Positions 17,936 to 25,329 of a stretch of DNA of 25,329 nucleotides are shown piece after piece. The position numbers and the translations under genes are program-made. The notes below the pieces were generated by a model. It did no database searches. It was not told the origin of the DNA and saw nothing but the letters and a program-made list of their open reading frames with translations. Source of the stretch: Candidatus Thorarchaeota archaeon (GTDB lineage Archaea > Asgardarchaeota > Thorarchaeia > Thorarchaeales > Thorarchaeaceae); assembly GCA_029858305.1 (NCBI GenBank), contig JAOUFI010000028.1:1-25329 (forward strand), read 5' to 3'. How positions within the stretch are numbered: position 1 is the stretch's first letter; every line of letters begins with the position of its first letter.

Positions 17936-18083
17936 GAATTCGAACCTCAGGACGACATCCACTGATGAGGTTTTAAGGCTTGCTTTGGGGGTTTCCTTCC
18001 GATTTAACGAAAGTAGAAGTTAGTCCTATCGATAATCTTTATCAGTCCTGACTGGAAATCATCTATGTGCGAGGGAATTAGAA

Positions 18084-18710
18084 GTGCCCAGTTGTGAATT
18101 ATGTGGCCGAGGCATGAAAGGTCATGGCAGAAATATAGTCATTGAAGGAGCATCAATGAACGTTTGCCCTCAATGTGCATTTAAGTTCGGACAACAACCT
18201 AGTGGATCTTCTTCACCCCGTGTTTCATCTCGGCAAGGACAACAAGCCTCTTGGCTAGGAATACCTGAGCGACAACCATCATCTTCCTCATTACCCCCTC
18301 CTATTTCTAGGGCAAAACCTAAGCCAAAGCCAAAAAGCCCGTCGATGGGGGTTCGTCTTGATGATATGGAATTGATTGAAGATTATGCAAGAATTGTTCT
18401 TGCCGCTCGTCAGAAGAAGGGAATAAGCCAAGATGAGCTGGCACAAAAAGTTGGAGAGAGTATATCTACATTGAAGGCGATTGAAGCTGGTCGACAAAAA
18501 CCTACTGAAAAAACAATCAGGGGTCTAGAACGAGAGCTGGATATTTCTCTACTTGAACCACTTGGGACAGTTCCAATTAAAACTAGTACCGGTCAGTCAA
18601 CAGCTGGACCGACACTAGGCGACAGAGTTGTTGTTAAACGAAAAGTATCTCAAAAGTTGCGCCGAGATACCGATGCCAGAGCAACAGGAAATGAACAAAA
18701 CGTAAAATGA
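18084..18710 (+). CDS. mbf1: Archaeal multiprotein bridging factor 1
   Basis: CELCG...CPQC zinc ribbon, Cro-type HTH (SQDELAQKVGE), TLGD motif. Confidence 0.93.
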   Translation: MPSCELCGRGMKGHGRNIVIEGASMNVCPQCAFKFGQQPSGSSSPRVSSRQGQQASWLGIPERQPSSSSLPPPISRAKPKPKPKSPSMGVRLDDMELIEDYARIVLAARQKKGISQDELAQKVGESISTLKAIEAGRQKPTEKTIRGLERELDISLLEPLGTVPIKTSTGQSTAGPTLGDRVVVKRKVSQKLRRDTDARATGNEQNVK

Positions 18711-18852
18711 ATTGATTGATTCCCAAGAATAGGTCTTATATAGAGTGCAGTAGTATATACTAATAGAACATTCCAATATCAGCTATTTTCGTTGTGACGT
18801 AAAAAAGTGCAGTCTACTAGCCAATTATTACATGTTTGGGTGATTTCATCAG

Positions 18853-19374
18853 ATGGTACATGCTAACTTCAATCATGATCTCTTTCGACTTGTTGTTGAA
18901 GAGATTGCAGGAAAAGAGGGCGTTGATGTGTCTACAGTCCTAGTGAACGCAGAAGAAACAACCGATGAAGAAATCGCGACCAAGACCGATCTCAAACTGA
19001 ATATTGTTCGCAGAATACTTTACAAACTACATGACAATCATCTTGCTTCCTATCGTAGAATCCGTGATGTCAACACAGGGTGGTTCCTTTACTACTGGCG
19101 AATTGATCCGAAGAAGGCACAAGCACTCGTAAATCGAAAGAAACGTATGGTACTCAATCTTCTTGAACAGAGACTTGAACATGAATCCAATAATGACCTG
19201 TATTCATGTGTAAATCGTGACTCATCACCTGTTCCATTTGAAGAAGCTATGAACCTCTCCTTCCGGTGTCCAACTTGTAATGGCCAGCTTGAATATATCG
19301 ATAATGCCAAAGCAATATCTTTTCTCCGAAAACGAGTTGAGGAACTAAAGGCTGATTTAGAAGCCTCATCCTAG
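18853..19374 (+). CDS. tfe: Transcription factor E (TFE alpha)
   Basis: TDEEIA...VRRILYKL...GWFLYYW winged helix and FRCPTC zinc ribbon. Confidence 0.96.
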   Translation: MVHANFNHDLFRLVVEEIAGKEGVDVSTVLVNAEETTDEEIATKTDLKLNIVRRILYKLHDNHLASYRRIRDVNTGWFLYYWRIDPKKAQALVNRKKRMVLNLLEQRLEHESNNDLYSCVNRDSSPVPFEEAMNLSFRCPTCNGQLEYIDNAKAISFLRKRVEELKADLEASS

Positions 19375-19456
19375 TTTATGCGTCACACCAGCCCCTTTTT
19401 TTATAAAATCTTCTTAGTAATAGACAGTACCCGACAGACAACAACGAGGCTACCAG

Positions 19457-20230
19457 TTGAAAACAGTAGTTCTATTCTCAAGACTTTATGCACAGTACAA
19501 AAACAGGCTAGCTGAAACTGTCAAATCCCACATTTCAAGTGTGACAGAGGAGCTCGACGCTCGTTTGGCGCGTTTTGACATTGATAAACGTGGTCACATC
19601 ATCATAGGTTTCGAAGGACAGGATGAAGAGTTTGCTATTAATTTTCTTACAAAAGAATATGGATCATCTATTTCTCTAGCTCATGTGAAAGAAGGTGCAA
19701 CAATCAGAGGTTCATTGATTGATGTAGGAAAGGTCGGGTATGGTTTCTATGTTGATATTGCTGCCATAAACAATATGAAATACGTGGACGCACTTCTCCC
19801 ACTTTATCAAGTCCGTGATCAGTTCAAACTAAAGAAACCTCTGCGAACGATTGCTAAGTCACTCATCCTCGTTGACAACCTGCCTGTCGATGTAATGATA
19901 ACTAGTGTGGATTCGAGCGAAGGAAAAATTGAAGCCATATTTGCAGAAAGCACCTTGAATAGATTCGATGAATGGCTTCACGACGACCACGAGCGCCTTC
20001 TAGTATTTGGCGCCAATTCTTCAATGATTGATACTGCATTGAAGAATACTGGTCATAGCGATGACATCTACGAAATTCAAGAGCTGGGCAAGTTTGAATT
20101 TGCGCTAAGATGCAAGAGAAGTACACGGGCTTCAGGAATAATTGCAGCAATCGGTCCCAAGCTAAGAGGAATTCCTATGCATCTATTCATTCCAAAAGAG
20201 GTTGAGGCGAAACTGAATGCCAAGACTTGA
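19457..20230 (+). CDS. DUF2110-family protein
   Basis: GKVGYGFYVDI motif; typical position downstream of tfe. Confidence 0.75.
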   Translation: MKTVVLFSRLYAQYKNRLAETVKSHISSVTEELDARLARFDIDKRGHIIIGFEGQDEEFAINFLTKEYGSSISLAHVKEGATIRGSLIDVGKVGYGFYVDIAAINNMKYVDALLPLYQVRDQFKLKKPLRTIAKSLILVDNLPVDVMITSVDSSEGKIEAIFAESTLNRFDEWLHDDHERLLVFGANSSMIDTALKNTGHSDDIYEIQELGKFEFALRCKRSTRASGIIAAIGPKLRGIPMHLFIPKEVEAKLNAKT

Positions 20231-20894
20231 TGTCTGGTTGGTAGAAAGTGGACGATTTTCATCTCGCCAAGCCGCAAAGAGGGCAATAAAGAAGGGGAAC
20301 GTCACTGTAGATGGGCATCTCTGTAAACCTTCAAAACAGATTACTGGCAACGAATCAATCCAAGTACTAATTGATCATGCAGATGTTCCCAAGGGTTTCC
20401 ATAAACTCAAGAGGATAGATGACGCTCTCGGAGGAAATCTCGTTTCATCTTCCTGTATAGCTCTCGACATTGGTAGCTCAGCTGGTGGTTTTCTTGCCTA
20501 CCTTGGTCTTAAAGGTGCACAAGCCATCGGTATCGAAGTATCAACTAGATTTACAAAAGAATTGCGAGCTCTCGTAGATGCAAACCCGCATCTCTCTATA
20601 TTATATGCAGATGCATTTGAGATTGAACCATCTTCAGTTGCTGATGAAAATAGCCTCGATTTACTTCTTATCGATGTAACAACAGACCTAACAGGTACAC
20701 TTCATCTAGTGTCTATGTACAAATCATTACTGAAAAAAAGAGGGCGTCTTATTGCAGCTTTTAAAACTGAGAACAGAGCTGATGTTGTATTACAAATAAT
20801 AGAATCTGTTAAGAAATTGGGATTTGACGATGTCAAGAACATCCACCTTGATGATACACTCCAAGAAGTCCATATCACAGCGAGTCGTACGTAA
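20217..20894 (+). CDS. TlyA-like RNA methyltransferase (S4 + FtsJ-like domains)
   Basis: RLDVWL...SRQAAKRAI S4 domain and LDIGSSAGGF SAM-binding motif. Confidence 0.88.
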   Translation: MPRLDVWLVESGRFSSRQAAKRAIKKGNVTVDGHLCKPSKQITGNESIQVLIDHADVPKGFHKLKRIDDALGGNLVSSSCIALDIGSSAGGFLAYLGLKGAQAIGIEVSTRFTKELRALVDANPHLSILYADAFEIEPSSVADENSLDLLLIDVTTDLTGTLHLVSMYKSLLKKRGRLIAAFKTENRADVVLQIIESVKKLGFDDVKNIHLDDTLQEVHITASRT

Positions 20895-20931
20895 GCAACT
20901 TTTTATTAGGAATATCTAAGGCGTCAGTTCG

Positions 20932-21041
20932 GGGCCGCTAGTCTAGCCCGGCTATGATGTCTCGTTTACACCGAGAATCCAAACGAGTTATTTACTCATT
21001 GGAATCGAAGGTCGCTGGTTCAAATCCGGCGCGGCCCACCA
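20932..21041 (+). tRNA. tRNA-Val(UAC) with a 32-nt insertion (probable non-canonical intron) 3' of the anticodon stem
   Basis: Acceptor GGGCCGC/GCGGCCC-A-CCA; anticodon arm TCTCG-TTTACAC-CGAGA; T arm GCTGG-TTCAAAT-CCGGC. Confidence 0.92.
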
Positions 21042-21126
21042 TTCTTTTAAACATCTCCAAAGAATTCAAGAGTGCTTTTGTCACTTGCGCATTAAGCGGA
21101 TGAGTCCCTCCGGACCGGGAATCTCT

Positions 21127-21244
21127 GCGGGAGTAGCCAAGCCCGGTCAAAGGCGGCGGACTTAAGATCGTCTAAACAAAGGGGTCACGATAAGATATCC
21201 GCTCTCGTAGGAGTTCGTGGGTTCGAACCCCACCTCCCGCACCA
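21127..21244 (+). tRNA. tRNA-Leu(UAA) with a canonical 37/38 intron (21167-21196)
   Basis: Acceptor GCGGGAG/CTCCCGC-A-CCA; GCGGA-CTTAAG|A-TCCGC; perfect BHB (CTTA/TAAG helix with two 3-nt bulges); long variable arm. Confidence 0.96.
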
Positions 21245-21305
21245 CTTTTGTTTCTATTGACCATATACTAACTACTATAAGAAGGATAAATGCCAATCGC
21301 GAATT

Positions 21306-21869
21306 ATGCCTTTCCAGACATTTGTTTCATCTCTAGGTTTGATTCTCCTGATGGAATTAGGCGACAAAACTATGCTCACTACAATGTGTCTTAGTGCGCA
21401 GTATCGTCGTCCTGGATTGGTATTACTTGCTACTATGGCAGCACTAACAACGTCCTCAATAATTGCAATTATTATCGGGTATATCCTTTCTGCAACTCTA
21501 CCTGTTGAAATCATAACTTATGTGTCTGGAATCTTGTTTTTATCTCTGGGAATCTTCACTCTCGCAAGAGCTAATTCCGAAACTCCTGACTCCTGCGATA
21601 ATCCGGGTACACTATTTGGTATGTTTTCCCTTGTTCTGTTTTCAGAACTTGGTGATAAAAGTCAGATAGCAATACTTGCCCTTGCAGCCCAGTCAATCTT
21701 TCCAATCATAGTATTATTTGGTTCCATTATTGGATTTCTAATTGTTAACTCAGTTGGCGCATTAGCAGGGAATCATGCGGCAGAACGTATCCCTATGAAG
21801 ATGATTAAGAAAGCAGTTGGATTAGTCTTCATAGCTTTTGGCCTCCTAGTCATATTCGGGATTCTATGA
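21306..21869 (+). CDS. TMEM165/GDT1 (UPF0016) Ca2+/Mn2+ transporter family protein
   Basis: Two signature motifs, ELGDKT and ELGDKS; about 6 TM helices. Confidence 0.93.
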   Translation: MPFQTFVSSLGLILLMELGDKTMLTTMCLSAQYRRPGLVLLATMAALTTSSIIAIIIGYILSATLPVEIITYVSGILFLSLGIFTLARANSETPDSCDNPGTLFGMFSLVLFSELGDKSQIAILALAAQSIFPIIVLFGSIIGFLIVNSVGALAGNHAAERIPMKMIKKAVGLVFIAFGLLVIFGIL

Positions 21870-21939
21870 CTAAACCACAGTCTGTGACAAAGCCTTTATG
21901 ACCGAGCTATCATGTTTGGTCTTATTACAAAGGTGAGGA

Positions 21940-23295
21940 ATGTCGTTGAGCCTAGATGAGTCAGGTTATAGCGGTCTTGTTCTTGAGAAGCTCTCTACTT
22001 CAAAGATACGCGTTGGTGATACGATTAGAATCAAGCAAAGTGGAGCTGAGCATACTGGAGTGCTAATGCCACGAAGCCAAATTGGTGGTGATTCACTTCA
22101 TCTTGTCATTAAATTGGATAGTGGATATAACATCGGTATACGAGTCAATCAAGAAACGATAGTACGCCGAGTTAAGACCGGAACAAGAAAACAAGCAGTT
22201 TCCATAGAAACTAGACACCAAGAAGATAACCTCCCTCGAGTATCTATTTTGAGTACAGGAGGCACCATTGCTAGCAAAGTCGATTATCGCACTGGTGCTG
22301 TAAATCCTGCTCTCACTGCACAAGATCTCTACGATACTGTTCCAGAGCTTCAAAACCATGCAAATGTTAACGCAAAAGTCATCATGAGTGTACTATCAGA
22401 AAATATCCAACCCGCAGATTGGGGAAAGATTGCACGTGATGTTGCATCCGAGATAAAATCTGGTACAGATGGTGTTGTGATAGCACATGGAACAGACACA
22501 CTTGGATTCACAGCTGCAGCTCTCTCCTTTGCTCTTCAAAACCTGCCAGTTCCTGTTGTCCTTGTGGGATCTCAACGGTCGTCCGATCGTCCATCATCTG
22601 ATTCTGCAATGAATCTTGTAGGTGCGGTAAACTTAGCCACAAAGGCCAATGCTGCTGAGGTCATGGTCCTTATGCACGCAGAAATAGGAGACAGTTTTCT
22701 TCATGCTCATAGGGGAACTCGAGTTCGCAAGTTACATACTAGCAGACGCGATGCCTTTCAGTCTGTAAATAATCGTCCACTATTCAAAGTCAGCGAAACT
22801 GAAGTGACAGAGATACAACCTCCTTTACTTCGTCGAGATATCGAACGAAAAATTGTGTTAAAACCAAAATTTGAGGAAAAAGTAGCACTATTGAAGACAT
22901 ATCCGGGAATTAATCATGTCCTGATTGATCAGCTTATTGATACAGGTTATAGAGGCATCATTATCGAAGGAACTGGTCTTGGTCACGCACCTGACAATTT
23001 ACAATCTTCAATCATCAAGGCAATAGAAGATGGAATTGTAGTCGCTATGACCAGTCAGTGCATATTTGGTCGAACGGATATGAATGTCTATCGTTCAGGG
23101 GTAGAGCTACTTGCCGCAGGAGTAATTTCCTGTGAGGATATGCTACCTGAAACAGCTCTGGTGAAACTCATGTGGGCATTGGCGAACAGCAAGAATAGTG
23201 ATGTTGCTAAGACTCTCCTTCTAGCACCCCTCGCTGGCGAAATTGACATGCGTAGTGAAGAATCAGAACACATCACAGGTCCTAGGGGAGTTTGA
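21940..23295 (+). CDS. gatD: Glutamyl-tRNA(Gln) amidotransferase subunit D
   Basis: KLDSGYNIG N-domain; asparaginase motifs TGGTIAS, HGTDT, SQRSSDRPSSD. Confidence 0.97.
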   Translation: MSLSLDESGYSGLVLEKLSTSKIRVGDTIRIKQSGAEHTGVLMPRSQIGGDSLHLVIKLDSGYNIGIRVNQETIVRRVKTGTRKQAVSIETRHQEDNLPRVSILSTGGTIASKVDYRTGAVNPALTAQDLYDTVPELQNHANVNAKVIMSVLSENIQPADWGKIARDVASEIKSGTDGVVIAHGTDTLGFTAAALSFALQNLPVPVVLVGSQRSSDRPSSDSAMNLVGAVNLATKANAAEVMVLMHAEIGDSFLHAHRGTRVRKLHTSRRDAFQSVNNRPLFKVSETEVTEIQPPLLRRDIERKIVLKPKFEEKVALLKTYPGINHVLIDQLIDTGYRGIIIEGTGLGHAPDNLQSSIIKAIEDGIVVAMTSQCIFGRTDMNVYRSGVELLAAGVISCEDMLPETALVKLMWALANSKNSDVAKTLLLAPLAGEIDMRSEESEHITGPRGV

Positions 23296-23296
23296 A

Positions 23297-25213
23297 ATGA
23301 CAGATATTGACAGGTATCAGAAACTAGGTCTAATGGTTGGTCTCGAACTCCATCAGCAGCTAGATACTACACGAAAATTGTACTGTCACTGTCCAACTGT
23401 TGTACGTGATGAGGAACCAGATGGAAAATTCATCAGGCGTCTTCGTCCAACCCAAAGTGAGATGGGTACAATTGACCCAGCTGCACTTTTTGAATATCAG
23501 AAACAAAAAAAATTCTGCTACGAGTATTACTATGACACGACCTGTTTAGTGGAGGCGGATGAAGAGCCACCTCATGATTTATGCGAAGAATCCATTGACA
23601 TTTGTCTAACGGTGGCGAACTTTCTAAAATCCAGGCCTGTTGATGAAATTCATCCAATGCGAAAAATTGTCATTGACGGTTCAAATACTACTGGATTTCA
23701 GCGTACTGCAGTAATTGCAATTGGTGGTCTTGCTGACGTGGGTGGAAAGACAATTGGAATCCAGACCATTTGTCTTGAAGAAGATGCAGCAAGAAAAATT
23801 GCTGATGATGATGAAAATAATATACGCGTATACCGACTCGATCGTCTCGGTATTCCTTTAATTGAAGTGGCCACTGACCCTGATATACACACTCCTTCTG
23901 AAGCACAAGAAGTAGCTCTTGCAATTGGACTTCTCTTAAGATCCACTGGTCGAGTAAAACGGGGTTTAGGAACAATCCGACAGGACGTGAATATTTCAAT
24001 CAGAGATGGAGCCATCATAGAAATCAAAGGGTTTCAACAACTTGACATGTTATCCACACTTGTAGAGCTTGAGGTTCAAAGGCAGGAAAAATTACTTGTA
24101 ATTCGTGATACACTGAAAGTTCGCGGAGTTGTGCCTGATGATATAAATGATTCAATCACCGATGTTACATCAATTTTTGCTAACAGCGAGTCAAAAGTAA
24201 TTAGAAGCGCACTCAAAGCTGATGGTGCTGTTTATGCTGTAAGACTTCCAGGATTTGCAGGTCTTATTGGTACCGAAATCCAGCCTGAACGTCGCCTTGG
24301 TACTGAGTTCTCTGATTATGCCAAGTTTTGGGGTGGGGTTGGAGGAATATTCCACACGGATGAACTTCCGAAGTATGGAATTACAGACCATGATTTGACT
24401 CAACTAAAGAATCTGATGAAGGCTGGTGAATTAGATGCCGTGGTCATGGTTGCATCTTCAGAGGAGAGATGTAAAGATGCACTAAAAGCTATCATTGAAC
24501 GAGCTAGAGAAGCCGTTCGAGGAGTACCAGCAGAAACTCGAACACCACTTCAGAATGGCAGTTCAAAATATGCGCGTCCAAGACCAGGGTCCTCACGCAT
24601 GTATCCGGAAACCGATGTGAGACCGGTAAAAATCACAGAAACTCGATTAAGAAAAATCAGGATGAATATGCCTGAAACAATTGAGAAACGGGAGAAAAGG
24701 TTCATCAAAGAATTAGGGCTTAGTTCTGATCTTGCTCATCAAATCTCTCGGTCAGCAAATATTGATGTTTTTGAGCAGGTTGTACGCGAAACAAATGTTT
24801 CCCCAACACTCATTGCAGCTACTCTCGAAAATACAGTAGTTAATCTTCATAGAGACCGAGTTCCCACAGAGAACCTTCTGGACCGCCACTTCATTGACTT
24901 GTTCAAACTCATTGAAAAGAAAGAAGTGTCAACCGACGCAATACCTACTTTATTGACACATCTTGCTCAAAATCCAAATCAAAGCATTGAGGAAGTACTA
25001 ACAACAAAAGATTTGGCCATGGCAAGTCGTGCTGAGATTGAAGAAACCATTAAGAAGATTGTTCGCGATCGAGAAGACTTTATTCAGGAACAGGGTGAGC
25101 GCTCGATTGGAGGACTCATGGGCATTGTCATGAAAGAATTAGGCGGGAAAGTCGATGGGAAAATCGCGAAAGAAATCCTCACAGCTGAGGTTAAGAAACA
25201 GCTCAGTATTTGA
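23297..25213 (+). CDS. gatE: Glutamyl-tRNA(Gln) amidotransferase subunit E
   Basis: GLELHQQL, DGSNTTGFQRT, LDRLGIPLIE, RMYPETD. Start set at ATG 23297, 1 bp after the gatD stop. Confidence 0.97.
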   Translation: MTDIDRYQKLGLMVGLELHQQLDTTRKLYCHCPTVVRDEEPDGKFIRRLRPTQSEMGTIDPAALFEYQKQKKFCYEYYYDTTCLVEADEEPPHDLCEESIDICLTVANFLKSRPVDEIHPMRKIVIDGSNTTGFQRTAVIAIGGLADVGGKTIGIQTICLEEDAARKIADDDENNIRVYRLDRLGIPLIEVATDPDIHTPSEAQEVALAIGLLLRSTGRVKRGLGTIRQDVNISIRDGAIIEIKGFQQLDMLSTLVELEVQRQEKLLVIRDTLKVRGVVPDDINDSITDVTSIFANSESKVIRSALKADGAVYAVRLPGFAGLIGTEIQPERRLGTEFSDYAKFWGGVGGIFHTDELPKYGITDHDLTQLKNLMKAGELDAVVMVASSEERCKDALKAIIERAREAVRGVPAETRTPLQNGSSKYARPRPGSSRMYPETDVRPVKITETRLRKIRMNMPETIEKREKRFIKELGLSSDLAHQISRSANIDVFEQVVRETNVSPTLIAATLENTVVNLHRDRVPTENLLDRHFIDLFKLIEKKEVSTDAIPTLLTHLAQNPNQSIEEVLTTKDLAMASRAEIEETIKKIVRDREDFIQEQGERSIGGLMGIVMKELGGKVDGKIAKEILTAEVKKQLSI

Positions 25214-25329
25214 GTTCTGTTACTTCCACTAACTGAAAGTTAACTTTAATAGATAGACCAATGGCTGACCTCTGAATAGGTAGTAAGACTATCTTGTAGC
25301 CTATGCATTGAAATGCCGCAGTAGCCTAG

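Noticed and set aside
21100-21126. GC-rich possible hairpin between the two tRNAs
   Set aside because: Short and imperfect, with no recognisable RNA family.
39-24403. Numerous short antisense or alternate-frame ORFs in the track (e.g. 11368..11814, 13684..14028, 16962..17291, 23698..24027)
   Set aside because: Shadows of well-supported genes with no recognisable motifs.
25214-25329. Possible 3' end of a minus-strand gene at the window edge
   Set aside because: Too short to assign a frame or product.

Overview
Archaeal chromosomal window, most likely Asgard/Thorarchaeia-like (inferred from gene content and protein style, not searched). It carries saccharopine-pathway genes, iorAB, hypF, acdA, a lone atpD, nac, trm5-like, pan, mbf1, tfe, two intron-containing tRNAs and gatDE. 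Two non-coding signals stand out. (1) The 1954-2490 gap holds two clear and one degenerate ORB element plus three copies of the palindrome GAACACGTGTTC, so it is a probable replication origin, with no orc1/cdc6 gene in the window. (2) A 9-bp quasi-palindrome, TGTA(A/T)TACA, often in phased tandem doublets or triplets, is strongly over-represented from 1.6 to 16 kb in both intergenic and coding DNA. It flanks a tight two-gene operon encoding a non-ParA, ExeA/TnsC-like AAA+ ATPase and a ParG/SegB-like ribbon-helix-helix protein, and one triplet sits on that operon's predicted promoter. Together these suggest an origin-linked chromosome segregation or organisation system (AAA+ ATPase, RHH adaptor, dispersed centromere-like sites) that I do not recognise as described. 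All motif counts were made by eye.
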